A DNA stretch of 64,000 nucleotides. It comes from an uncultured delta proteobacterium. GTDB lineage: Bacteria; Desulfobacterota; Binatia; Binatales; Binataceae. Every line of letters begins with the position of its first letter. Position 1 is the stretch's first letter. The position numbers were made by a program, and so were the translations under genes. Location: the NCBI GenBank assembly GCA_963711565.1, contig CAVQEQ010000004.1, positions 832,001-896,000 of the forward strand. Reading direction: 5' to 3'. Positions 1 to 8,840 of the stretch are shown piece by piece. The notes under the pieces were generated by a model that saw only the letters and a program-made list of their open reading frames with translations, was not told the origin of the DNA and did no database searches.

Positions 1-1
1 A

Positions 2-514
2 GGACTGCGGCCGGCGGGTGATGGGATTGTCACGGCAGAGCCCGGCGTGATGCTCGGAATATTTACGGCCGATTGCGTGCCGATATTGATGGTCGATGCG
101 AAACGCAGAATAGCCGGCGCGTTGCATGCCGGATGGCGCGGCGTTATCGCGGACATCGCTCGCGTGGGCGTCCACGCGATGGTCCAGCTTGGTGCTCGCG
201 CGTCGGACATTCGCGCGGCGATGGGTCCGTCGATCGGTCCATGCTGTTTCGAGGTTGATGCTCAGCTTGGCGAGCGATTCGGCAATGAGATCGAGGGCGC
301 GCGGAATCATACGAGGGCAGGGCGTCCCGGCAAGGCGTTCATCGACTTGCGCGCTATCGTGCACGACCAGCTTGAGAGGGCGGGACTCGCGGCTGCGAAT
401 ATCGCGAGCGTCGGCCCATGCACTCGATGCGGCTCCGATCGGTTTTTCTCGCGGCGCGCAGCTGGCGGCAAGACTACAGGCTTGCAGATGAGCTTTGTCG
501 GCTTCTCCGCATAG
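2..514 (+). CDS. pgeF: Peptidoglycan editing factor PgeF / YfiH-family purine nucleoside phosphorylase (5' truncated by window)
   Basis: Frame open from base 2; motifs TADCVPI, HAGWRG, GPSIGPCCFEV, FFSRR. Confidence 0.9.
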   Translation, partial: GLRPAGDGIVTAEPGVMLGIFTADCVPILMVDAKRRIAGALHAGWRGVIADIARVGVHAMVQLGARASDIRAAMGPSIGPCCFEVDAQLGERFGNEIEGARNHTRAGRPGKAFIDLRAIVHDQLERAGLAAANIASVGPCTRCGSDRFFSRRAAGGKTTGLQMSFVGFSA

Positions 515-518
515 CAGT

Positions 519-677
519 ATGCCGCAACGCAAAGTAAAGAAGCATCGCGCGGGTGGGTTGATCGCGAAAATCCGCAAGCCGATGGCGCCGCCGTCGAAAA
601 CGATCGAAGACCCTACCAAGTACAAGCGCGAGCGCGAGCTGGAAAAACTCCGCCGCGAGAGAGATTCAAATGAGTAA
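519..677 (+). CDS. Small basic hypothetical protein (52 aa)
   Basis: ATG 4 nt after pgeF stop; Lys/Arg-rich, RKPMAPPSK..EDPTKYKRER. Confidence 0.6.
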   Translation: MPQRKVKKHRAGGLIAKIRKPMAPPSKTIEDPTKYKRERELEKLRRERDSNE

Positions 678-723
678 TGTGCGCGTTGGAACGGAGGCGG
701 AATCTTGGTCGCTCTCTCTCTTG

Positions 724-1014
724 TGTCATCCTGACCAAGCAAGCAACGCGAAGGATTGCGGACAGCGGCGCACGACCTTCTGTCATCCTGACAAAGCGAG
801 CGACGCGAGCGGCAGGAAGGATCTCGGACAGCGGGGCGCAAGCGCCGCCGGTTCCGGTTTTGCGTTGCTGCATCCGATGAGAATCTGGCGGCTCGCACGA
901 CGATATCAGGAGAGGAGCGCTGCGCGATTCTCAGAAACCGGTGCCGGCTTCGCTGACGCGAAGCTGTCCGAGATCCTTCCTGCCGCTCGCGTTGCTCGCT
1001 TCGTCAGGATGACA
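724..1014. repeat. REP-like cluster (TGTCATCCTGA family) forming a long inverted repeat
   Basis: 781-832 is the near-perfect reverse complement of 963-1014; degenerate direct copy starts at 724. Confidence 0.85.
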
Positions 1015-1091
1015 AACTGGCGGTTGCTCGCTTCGGCGACAATATCGGGATCACGCGCGCTTCCTCTTACACGGAGAGGAGACCGACGCTG

Positions 1092-2198
1092 ATGCCCACA
1101 CCCATCACCGGACAGATTCGCGTTGGACTTATCGGCGCCGGGCTTATCGGCCAGTTGCATTCGATGATGATCCGCTACGTCGCCGACCGCACCGAGCAGA
1201 GCGCGCGCGTCGTGTCGGTCGCCGACGTGTCGCATCGCGCGGCGGAACAGCTCGCGGCAAGATGGCAGGGCGCGCGCGCTTTCGAATCGGCCGAAGAGAT
1301 AATCGCGGATCCGTCGATCGACGCGGTGTGGATCTGCACGCCGACCGCGATGCATCGCCAGATCTGTATCGCTGCCGCGCGCGCCGGCAAGCATGTTTTC
1401 TGCGAGAAGCCGCTCGCGATGACCGCGGCGGAAGCATCCGAGATGGCAGCCGCGATCAAAGCGTCGGACGTGGTGAGCCAAGTCGGCCTCGTGCTGCGAT
1501 TTTCGCCGGTGTACAACGTCGTCAAGGCGATGTTCGAGGAGGATGGCGTCGGCAAGCTGCTTAGCGTCGCGATGCGCGACGATCAGGACTTTCCGATTCG
1601 CGGTTCGCATGCGAGCGCGTGGCGCAACGACCCGTCGCTGACCGCGGGCGGCACGTTGATCGAGCATAGCGTGCACGACTTCGACTTGTTGACGTGGATG
1701 TTTGGTTCCGTCACGAGCCTCTACTGCCGCACGCGCAACGTGAACGGCGCCGACGGAGTCGAGGACTTCGGCGCGACCTCGATGGAATTTGCAGGCGGCT
1801 GGCACGGCCAGCTCACGTCGATTTGGCATCGGATGACCGCGCGCGCGAGCAATCGCAGGCTTGAAGTTTTCGCCGAGAACTTGTTTGCTGCGTCCGACGC
1901 CGATACGCTCGGTCCGATCGTTTTTCAGCGCGGGTCCGGCGCCCAGGAAGAGACGATTGCGGCCGACGTTGTGATGGCGAAGTACACCGAGAAGATTTTG
2001 CGCGAGCGTCCGTACCTCGCACCGATGAAGGATCGCCTCACGATTCCGTACGCCGCCGAGGATGCGACCTTTATTGCCGCGCTCAAGGGACTGTGTGAAC
2101 CTGATCCGGAATTTGCGGCGGGAGTGGCGGCGCAGCGTATAGTGGAGGCGGCTTACGAGTCGGCGCGAACGGGCGAATCGGTGCAAGTCAAAAGTTAA
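1092..2198 (+). CDS. Gfo/Idh/MocA family oxidoreductase
   Basis: GLIGAGLIG, AGKHVFCEKP, HDFD; GGAGA/GAGGAG RBS. Confidence 0.92.
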   Translation: MPTPITGQIRVGLIGAGLIGQLHSMMIRYVADRTEQSARVVSVADVSHRAAEQLAARWQGARAFESAEEIIADPSIDAVWICTPTAMHRQICIAAARAGKHVFCEKPLAMTAAEASEMAAAIKASDVVSQVGLVLRFSPVYNVVKAMFEEDGVGKLLSVAMRDDQDFPIRGSHASAWRNDPSLTAGGTLIEHSVHDFDLLTWMFGSVTSLYCRTRNVNGADGVEDFGATSMEFAGGWHGQLTSIWHRMTARASNRRLEVFAENLFAASDADTLGPIVFQRGSGAQEETIAADVVMAKYTEKILRERPYLAPMKDRLTIPYAAEDATFIAALKGLCEPDPEFAAGVAAQRIVEAAYESARTGESVQVKS

Positions 2199-2231
2199 AG
2201 CGTTACTTTAAACGAGGATGCGGGCCAGTTC

Positions 2232-3341
2232 ATGATCGATTTTGAACTCAGCGAAGAACAACAGATGATCCGCGACAGCGTCGGGGCGTTCGCGCGCGAG
2301 AAGATTCGTCCCGCTGCGCGGTCCGCCGACGAAAGCGGCGCGATTCCCGCGGCGATTGTCGCGGAGGCGTGGCAGTTCGGATTCGTCAGCGGCGCGATCC
2401 CGGAGAAATTCGGCGGCGGCGGTGACGTGCGCTCGGCGGTGACCGGCGCGATCGTCGCGGAGGAGCTCGGCTTCGGCGACATCTCGATTGCGCTGCACGT
2501 GCTGGCGCCGCGGCTGTTCGCGTTTCCGATCGTCGAGATGGGCACCGACGAGCAGCGCGCGAAATACTTGAAGCGATTCGCCGGCGCCGATTTTGCCGCC
2601 GCGACCGCGGCCGTGATGGAGCCGCGCTTCGATTTCGATCTCTCCGCGCAGCAAGTCTCGGCCAAACGCGACGGTGCGGGATACGTCCTGAACGGCGGCA
2701 AGTGTTACGTGCCGCTCGCGGCCGAGTCCGACTCTATACTCGTCTATGCGGCGACTGATGCGTCTAAAGGTTTTGCGGGTGTGGACGGTTTTATCGTTCC
2801 GCGCGGCGCGGCGGGCCTGACGATTTCCGAGCGCGAGAAGAACATGGGCCTCAAGCCGCTCGCGACGTACGAGTTGACGCTGAAGGATTGCCGCGTCGCC
2901 GCCGATGCGCGACTCGGCGGTGACAAGGGAATCGATTTCTCGCGCCTGATGAGCGAGTCGCGAGTCGCGTTCGCCGCGATGGGCGTGGGCGTGATGAATG
3001 CGGCGTTCGAGTACGCGCGCGACTACGCGAAGGAGCGCAAGGCGTTCGGTGTGCCAATCGCGACCAAGCAGGCGATCGCGTTTATCCTCGCCGACATGGC
3101 GATCGAGATCGACGCGGCGCGCCTGCTGGTGTGGGAGGCGGCCTATGAGCTCGACAAGGGCCGCGATGCGCTGAAGGCAAGTTACCTCGCGAAGAATTAT
3201 GTTGCGAATAGCGCGCTCAAGGTGACGGACAACGGCGTGCAGGTGCTGGGCGGCCACGGCTACATCCGCGAGCATCCGGTCGAGATGTGGCTGCGCAACG
3301 CGCGCGGATTTTCCGCAATCGAAGGAATCGCAACGGTCTAA
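2232..3341 (+). CDS. Acyl-CoA dehydrogenase-like subunit (FadE24-like)
   Basis: ACAD fold motifs (RKAFG, GGHGY); short C-terminus RNARGFSAIEG. Confidence 0.9.
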   Translation: MIDFELSEEQQMIRDSVGAFAREKIRPAARSADESGAIPAAIVAEAWQFGFVSGAIPEKFGGGGDVRSAVTGAIVAEELGFGDISIALHVLAPRLFAFPIVEMGTDEQRAKYLKRFAGADFAAATAAVMEPRFDFDLSAQQVSAKRDGAGYVLNGGKCYVPLAAESDSILVYAATDASKGFAGVDGFIVPRGAAGLTISEREKNMGLKPLATYELTLKDCRVAADARLGGDKGIDFSRLMSESRVAFAAMGVGVMNAAFEYARDYAKERKAFGVPIATKQAIAFILADMAIEIDAARLLVWEAAYELDKGRDALKASYLAKNYVANSALKVTDNGVQVLGGHGYIREHPVEMWLRNARGFSAIEGIATV

Positions 3342-3364
3342 TTGGCCGCGACGGAGATAAAATC

Positions 3365-4597
3365 ATGATCGATTTTGAACTCGAACCAACAATTCTGAGC
3401 CGGCTGCAAATGTTCCACGCCGTTTCGGAGCACATGATGCGTCCCATCTCGCGCGATTGCGACGAGCATGAGCACACCAAGCCGACCCAGTTCTACGAGT
3501 CGATGTGGTCGGCGTCAGCCGCGGCCGATATCCAGGTCGGCAACGACCGGAGCAAGAAGGCCGACGGCGCGGCAGCATCGGCGCCTCGACGCGCCAACCT
3601 GATGACCGTGCTCAGCACCGAGGAGTTGTGCTGGGGCGACGCCGGGCTGTACCTGTCGACGCCCAACTCGGGACTCGGCGGCGCGGCGGTGATGGCGGCG
3701 GGAACGCCCGAGCAGAAGGAGCGCTTTCTCAAGCGCTTCAAGGAAGGTAAGCCGAAGTGGGGCGCGATGGCGATTACCGAGCCCAGCTTCGGTTCCGATT
3801 CGTCGCAGGTCACGACCACCGCGACTCGCGACGGCGACCATTGGGTGATCAACGGCACCAAGATTTTCTGCACCGCCGGCGAGATGGCGGCCGAGAAGTC
3901 CGACGGCTTCGTCGTCGTGTGGGCGACGGTCGATAAGAGCGCGGGACGCCCCGGCATCAAGCCGTTCGTCGTCGAGCACAACACACCCGGCATGACGGTG
4001 GCGAGAGTCGAGAACAAACTCGGCATCCGCGCGTCCGACACTGCGGCGCTAATCTTCGACAATTGCCGGATTCCGCTGGACGCTCTGCTCGGCAGCGCCG
4101 AGGTGCGCAAGGAGGGCGGCTTCAAGGACGTGATGGCGACCTTCGACGCGACGCGGCCGATCGTTGCTGCGATGGCGATTGGAGTAGGGCGCGCGGCGCT
4201 CGACTTCGTGCGCGACTTTCTCAAGCAGCAGAACGTGCCCGTCCGCTACGGTATCTCGCCGCGGCGTCTGACCGCCGTCGAGCGCGATTTCATGGAGATG
4301 GAAGTGCAACTGCAAGCTGCGCGGCTGCTCACGTGGCGGGCGGCGTGGATGCTCGATACGGGCAAGCGCAACAGCCTCGAGGCCTCGATGGCGAAGGCGA
4401 AGGCGGGACTCGCTGTTACGCTGATCACACAGAAGGCGGTCGAGTTGCTCGGGCCGTTAGGCTACTCGCGCAAAATACTGGTCGAGAAGTGGATGCGCGA
4501 TGCGAAGATCAACGACATCTTCGAGGGCACGCAGCAGATCAACATGATAATTATCGCGCGCCGAATCCTGAACTACAGCAGCAAGGAATTGAATTAA
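3365..4597 (+). CDS. Acyl-CoA dehydrogenase (FadE23-like)
   Basis: AITEP, GIRASDTA, RDAKINDIFEGTQQI; ATG 3365 after GGAGA. Confidence 0.92.
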   Translation: MIDFELEPTILSRLQMFHAVSEHMMRPISRDCDEHEHTKPTQFYESMWSASAAADIQVGNDRSKKADGAAASAPRRANLMTVLSTEELCWGDAGLYLSTPNSGLGGAAVMAAGTPEQKERFLKRFKEGKPKWGAMAITEPSFGSDSSQVTTTATRDGDHWVINGTKIFCTAGEMAAEKSDGFVVVWATVDKSAGRPGIKPFVVEHNTPGMTVARVENKLGIRASDTAALIFDNCRIPLDALLGSAEVRKEGGFKDVMATFDATRPIVAAMAIGVGRAALDFVRDFLKQQNVPVRYGISPRRLTAVERDFMEMEVQLQAARLLTWRAAWMLDTGKRNSLEASMAKAKAGLAVTLITQKAVELLGPLGYSRKILVEKWMRDAKINDIFEGTQQINMIIIARRILNYSSKELN

Positions 4598-4621
4598 AAT
4601 GCGAGGCTCCACGCCCCGCAT

Positions 4622-5194
4622 TTAGTAGAACCACTTGCCGTTGTCCCAGCGGAAAATTTCCGTGGTGTGGGTGTCGCTGACGGTCTTGGGCGCCGCGTGC
4701 CGGGCCTCGTCCTCTGACTTGCCGACGATGTAGTAGACGAATTCCTCGTACGAGATCTTTCCGATCGAATAGCCGTCTTTGGACTGATGCGATTCGCACT
4801 CGGCTATCTTGCCGTAGCCGGTGTAGGTCGCGGTCTCGAAACCTTCTTTCAGGACGAACTGCAAATTCGACAGATTATTAACCTCGCGGTCGTGCAAATC
4901 CTGCCCCCAATGTTTGCAAAAGTCCGGAAACAGTGCCGATGCCTTCTTAAATTCGATGTCGCGCTTGATCCGGTCGGGCGTGATCTTCGCAATCAGTTTT
5001 TTGACCTCTTGCCGCAGGGTCTTCTTCGCCGCCGGTGAAGCCATTGCCCCCGGAACTGCCGCGCTATCGGATGCTGGAGCGGATGATACCTCCGCACCCT
5101 CTTGCGGTTGCGCGCGCCCCGGCGACGCCACCAGCATCGCCGCCAATGCGAACGCCGCGACCGCTCCAATACCCATCGTTCGTATAAACGTCAT
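4622..5194 (-). CDS. Secreted hypothetical protein
   Basis: Signal-peptide-like N-terminus (…PGRAQ), coding-like codon use; start uncertain. Confidence 0.7.
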   Translation of the reverse strand: MTFIRTMGIGAVAAFALAAMLVASPGRAQPQEGAEVSSAPASDSAAVPGAMASPAAKKTLRQEVKKLIAKITPDRIKRDIEFKKASALFPDFCKHWGQDLHDREVNNLSNLQFVLKEGFETATYTGYGKIAECESHQSKDGYSIGKISYEEFVYYIVGKSEDEARHAAPKTVSDTHTTEIFRWDNGKWFY

Positions 5195-5258
5195 AGCGAT
5201 GGACTCTATAGCAAAAATCAGCGTCATCGTCAGCCTTTCGCAAAGAGAGGTGTCGCGC

Positions 5259-5294
5259 AAAAAAAGGCCGCAGCCCCATAACGGGACTGCGGCC
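5259..5294 (-). terminator. Intrinsic terminator of OmpA copy 1
   Basis: GGCCGCAGTCCC-loop-GGGGCTGCGGCC plus T7 on minus strand. Confidence 0.9.
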
Positions 5295-5323
5295 GGTTGT
5301 GGACGTTGCAATCGCGGTCCGGC

Positions 5324-5998
5324 TTACTGTTCGGGCACCAGTTCGACGCGGCGGTTCTGAGCGCGGCCCTCAGCCGTTCTGTTGGTCGCGACGAAGCCGG
5401 TCTTGCCGTAGCCGTGCACCCTCAACTGGAGCACGTTGATTCCGCCGTTCATCAGGTAATTCGCAACGGCGTTGGCTCGATACTCGGAGAGCCTCTTGTT
5501 GTATGCGTCGTTGCCGATCCAGTCGCAGTAACCGTTCACGTTGATCACGGTGTTCGGATTGGCCTTTAGAGTAGGAATGGCTTCATCCAGCACGGCCGCA
5601 TCGCCCGGACGGATGATCGCCTTGTTGAAGTCGAAATGCACTCCGCGCAGCACCAGCTTCGGCGGTGGTGGAGGAGGTGGTGGCGGCGGTGGCGGAGGCG
5701 GCGGTGGAGGAGGTGGTGGCGGCGGCGGTGGCGGCGGATTCGGCGCCAGCAGGTAACCGATCGTGCCGCCGATTAGCGCGCCCCCGACGACTCCCACAGG
5801 ACAACCGATCTCATAGCCCTTGCCGGTACCGCTTAGTCCCGCGGCAAGTCCGCATCCCAGGCCTGCGCCGGCAATTGCGCCGTCAACCGATCCCCACCCC
5901 GCGTAGTATTTCTGCTCTGGCGTCCACGACGCGCATGACGAAGCCGTAAATAAAACGACAATCGCAAGTGCGCCTACCCAACTTTTCCGCTTATGCAC
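5324..5998 (-). CDS. OmpA-family lipoprotein, copy 1 (glycine zipper, Pro26, OmpA_C domain)
   Basis: Lipobox SSC; VHFDFNK, GYCD, LSEYRA, GRAQNRRVE. Confidence 0.93.
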   Translation of the reverse strand: MHKRKSWVGALAIVVLFTASSCASWTPEQKYYAGWGSVDGAIAGAGLGCGLAAGLSGTGKGYEIGCPVGVVGGALIGGTIGYLLAPNPPPPPPPPPPPPPPPPPPPPPPPPPPKLVLRGVHFDFNKAIIRPGDAAVLDEAIPTLKANPNTVINVNGYCDWIGNDAYNKRLSEYRANAVANYLMNGGINVLQLRVHGYGKTGFVATNRTAEGRAQNRRVELVPEQ

Positions 5999-6045
5999 TA
6001 GCACCCCTCCCTGGGATTCAAGCCGTTCCAGAATTTAGCACCCGA

Positions 6046-6074
6046 ATTGTGTCATTTTTGGGTATCTAGGTCTA
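6046..6074 (-). promoter_or_regulatory. Sigma70-like promoter of OmpA copy 1
   Basis: TAGACC-N17-CACAAT with TG extended -10; same motif before copies 2-4. Confidence 0.7.
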
Positions 6075-6127
6075 TTAGCGGACGAAGCGATTACCTAACA
6101 CGGGATTCGTAACCGTTCGTTCACCAG

Positions 6128-6165
6128 AAAAAAGCGGCCGCAGCCCCTCGAGGGGACTGCGGCCG
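6128..6165 (-). terminator. Intrinsic terminator of OmpA copy 2
   Basis: Same hairpin family plus T tract. Confidence 0.9.
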
Positions 6166-6193
6166 GTTACAAGCGTGTCAGTTCTGTTCCGAC

Positions 6194-6874
6194 TTACTCG
6201 TTAGGCACCAGCTCGACGCGACGATTCTGGGCGCGGCCCTCGGCCGTGTCGTTGGTGGCGACGAAGTCAGTCTTGCCGTAGCCGTGCGGAATCAACTGGC
6301 TCGACGGGATCCCAGCTTTCACCAGGTAGTCCACGACCGCATCCGAGCGCCGATCGGACAGCTTCAGGTTGTATTCCTCACCGCCGATCGCGTCGCAGTA
6401 GCCGTTGACGCCGATCGTCACGTTCGGATTGGCCTTCAGAGTCGATGCGGCCTCATCCAGCACGGCGGCATCACCCGGCCGAATCTTCGACTTGTTAAAG
6501 TCGAAATGCACACCGCGCAGCACCAGCTTCTGCTTGACCGGCGGCGGCGGAGGCGGTGGCGGAGGAGGCGGTGGTGGTGGCGGAGGAGGCGGCGGCGGTG
6601 GCAGAGGTTTAGGCGCCAGGAAGTAGCCGATCGTGCCGCCAATCAGAGCGCCGCCAACCACGCCGGTCGGGCATCCAATCTCGTAGGCTTCGGCGGAGTG
6701 ACCTTTATCCTGGGTGGCTGCAATTCCGCAACCGAGTCCGCCGCCCAGGAGCGCGCCGGCGCCCGCTCCGTAAAGCGTGTACTCCTTCTGCTCAGGCGTC
6801 CATGACGAGCATGACGAGACAGTGAGGAGCACGGCGCACGCCACTGCCGCAATCCAATTCTTCGATTTAAGCAT
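6194..6874 (-). CDS. OmpA-family lipoprotein, copy 2 (Pro21 linker)
   Basis: Lipobox SSC, glycine zipper, OmpA_C motifs. Confidence 0.93.
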   Translation of the reverse strand: MLKSKNWIAAVACAVLLTVSSCSSWTPEQKEYTLYGAGAGALLGGGLGCGIAATQDKGHSAEAYEIGCPTGVVGGALIGGTIGYFLAPKPLPPPPPPPPPPPPPPPPPPPPPVKQKLVLRGVHFDFNKSKIRPGDAAVLDEAASTLKANPNVTIGVNGYCDAIGGEEYNLKLSDRRSDAVVDYLVKAGIPSSQLIPHGYGKTDFVATNDTAEGRAQNRRVELVPNE

Positions 6875-6922
6875 TAAGACCCTCCCAAGTTACGAAGACA
6901 TCTCCGAAGGTAAACTCCCCAA

Positions 6923-6951
6923 ATTCTGACATTTTTGGAAAACCAGGTCCA
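6923..6951 (-). promoter_or_regulatory. Sigma70-like promoter of OmpA copy 2
   Basis: TGGACC-N17-CAGAAT. Confidence 0.7.
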
Positions 6952-7006
6952 TTGAGGCACCCAAGCCGTCTTATACCGCCTGACCCGTAACAGCTCGTTT
7001 ACAAAG

Positions 7007-7042
7007 AAAAGCGGCCGCAGCCCCTCGAGGGAACTGCGGCCG
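7007..7042 (-). terminator. Intrinsic terminator of OmpA copy 3
   Basis: Same hairpin family plus T tract. Confidence 0.85.
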
Positions 7043-7069
7043 ATTACTAGCGTTGTCAGTCTCGGCGAC

Positions 7070-7765
7070 TTACTCGTTAGGCATCAGCTCGACGCGGCGG
7101 TTTTCAGCGCGACCCTCGGCCGTGTCGTTGGTGGCAACGAAGTCAGTCTTGCCGTAGCCGTGCGGAATCAACTGGCTCGACGGGATTCCGGCGTTCACCA
7201 GGTAATCCACGACCGCATTCGCGCGCCGATCGGATAGCTTGAGGTTGTATTCCTCACCGCCGATCGCGTCGCAGTAGCCGTTGACGTAGATCGTCACGTT
7301 CGGATTCGCCTTCAGAGTTGATGCGGCCTCATCAAGAATTGCGGCATCACCCGGACGAATCTTCGACTTGTTGAAATCGAAATGCACTCCACGCAGCACC
7401 ACCTTCTGCTTGACCGGCGGCGGTGGAGGCGGTGGCGGAGGTGGCGGCGGAGGTGGAGGTGGTGGCGGCGGTGGCAGCGGTTTCGGTGCGATCAGGTAGC
7501 CGACGGTGGCGCCGATCAGTGCGCCGGCGCCGACTCCGACCGGGCATCCGATCTCATAAGCCTTGGCACCCTGCACGCCCACGCCACCATGTCCGGACGT
7601 CGCTGCGGCAATTCCGCAGCCGAGTCCGCCGCCGAGGAGCGCACCGGCGCCCGCTCCGTATAACGTGTACTCCTGCTGCTGTGGCGTCCAATTAAACGCG
7701 CACGACGAGAGCATCAGAAGAGCGACGCTCGCAAATCCGCCCACCCAATTTTTCCACTTGTACAC
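7070..7765 (-). CDS. OmpA-family lipoprotein, copy 3 (Pro20 linker)
   Basis: Lipobox LSSC, glycine zipper, OmpA_C motifs. Confidence 0.93.
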   Translation of the reverse strand: MYKWKNWVGGFASVALLMLSSCAFNWTPQQQEYTLYGAGAGALLGGGLGCGIAAATSGHGGVGVQGAKAYEIGCPVGVGAGALIGATVGYLIAPKPLPPPPPPPPPPPPPPPPPPPPVKQKVVLRGVHFDFNKSKIRPGDAAILDEAASTLKANPNVTIYVNGYCDAIGGEEYNLKLSDRRANAVVDYLVNAGIPSSQLIPHGYGKTDFVATNDTAEGRAENRRVELMPNE

Positions 7766-7815
7766 TAGAGCCCCTCCCTGAGTTTCAGCCGACCCCGCAA
7801 ATTAAAACTCCGTGG

Positions 7816-7844
7816 ATTGTGCCACTTTTGGGAAGGCAGGTCTA
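7816..7844 (-). promoter_or_regulatory. Sigma70-like promoter of OmpA copy 3
   Basis: TAGACC-N17-CACAAT. Confidence 0.7.
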
Positions 7845-7895
7845 TTGAGGAACAAATCGGTTCGGATAGCGTCACGTTCGTAACAGTTCCTTCAC

Positions 7896-7933
7896 AAAAA
7901 AGCGGCCGCAGCCCCTCGAGGGGACTGCGGCCG
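7896..7933 (-). terminator. Intrinsic terminator of OmpA copy 4
   Basis: Identical to the copy-2 terminator. Confidence 0.9.
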
Positions 7934-7961
7934 GTTACAAGCGTGTCAGTTCTGTTCCGAC

Positions 7962-8633
7962 TTACTCGTTAGGCACCAGCTCGACGCGACGATTCTGGGC
8001 GCGGCCCTCGGCCGTGTCGTTGGTGGCGACGAAGTCAGTCTTGCCGTAGCCGTGCGGAATCAACTGGCTCGACGGGATACCGGCTTTCACCAGGTAATCC
8101 ACGACCGCGTCCGAGCGCCGATCGGACAGCTTGAGGTTGTATTCCTCGCCACCGATCGCGTCGCAGTAGCCGTTGACGTTGATCGTCACGTTCGGATTGG
8201 CCTTCAGAGTTGATGCGGCCTCATCCAGCACGGCGGCATCACCCGGACGAATCTTCGACTTGTTGAAGTCGAAATGCACTCCGCGCAGCACCAGCTTCTG
8301 CTTGACCGGCGGAGGCGGTGGCGGCGGAGGAGGAGGCGGTGGAGGTGGTGGTGGCGGCGGAGGCGGTGCCGGTTTCGGCGCCAGCAGGTAACCGTTCACA
8401 GCGCCGATCAGCGCGCCCATCACGACGCCAGTGGGGCATCCGATCTCATAACCCTTGGCGGAGCCACTTACTCCCGCTGCAATCCCACAACCCAGGCCGC
8501 CGCCGATGAGCGCGCCGGCAGCCGCTCCGCCCGCAGTGTATTCCTTCTGCTCCGGCGTCCACGACGCGCATGACGAGACCGTCAGCAGCACGGCGATCGC
8601 TCCAGCGCCAATCCAATTTTTCCAACTAATCAC
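7962..8633 (-). CDS. OmpA-family lipoprotein, copy 4 (Pro20 linker)
   Basis: Lipobox VSSC, glycine zipper, OmpA_C motifs; GTG 8633 is 6 nt after GGAGG. Confidence 0.93.
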   Translation of the reverse strand: MISWKNWIGAGAIAVLLTVSSCASWTPEQKEYTAGGAAAGALIGGGLGCGIAAGVSGSAKGYEIGCPTGVVMGALIGAVNGYLLAPKPAPPPPPPPPPPPPPPPPPPPPVKQKLVLRGVHFDFNKSKIRPGDAAVLDEAASTLKANPNVTINVNGYCDAIGGEEYNLKLSDRRSDAVVDYLVKAGIPSSQLIPHGYGKTDFVATNDTAEGRAQNRRVELVPNE

Positions 8634-8680
8634 TAGCACCCTCCATCAAGTTCAAGTTAGTCCGGAATCAAACGCTGCTA

Positions 8681-8709
8681 ATTCTGCCTTTTTTTGGACG
8701 CTGGGTCTA
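8681..8709 (-). promoter_or_regulatory. Sigma70-like promoter of OmpA copy 4
   Basis: TAGACC-N17-CAGAAT. Confidence 0.7.
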
Positions 8710-8770
8710 TTCACGCGTCGAGCAGGTCTGTTACGCGGGGCTCGTAATAGTGCCGTAATCGGCAGGATAC

Positions 8771-8811
8771 AAAAAATGCGGCCGCAGCCCCCTTGACGGG
8801 ACTGCGGCCGC
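8771..8811 (-). terminator. Intrinsic terminator of OmpA copy 5
   Basis: Same hairpin family plus T6. Confidence 0.88.
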
Positions 8812-8840
8812 TTTACAGACAATCTCAGTCTCGGCCCGGC

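Noticed and set aside
2-14. GGACTGCGGCCGG matching the OmpA terminator arm
   Set aside because: Inside the pgeF coding frame with no partner arm; a short GC-rich coincidence
670-1092. ORFs of 67-140 aa across the palindromic region
   Set aside because: They are translations of the repeat units and read alike on both strands
5259-8811. Regularly recurring GCGGCCGCAGCCCC hairpins as a CRISPR or attC array
   Set aside because: Spacing is ~0.9 kb with whole paralogous genes between; the hairpins have T tracts typical of terminators; no cas or integrase
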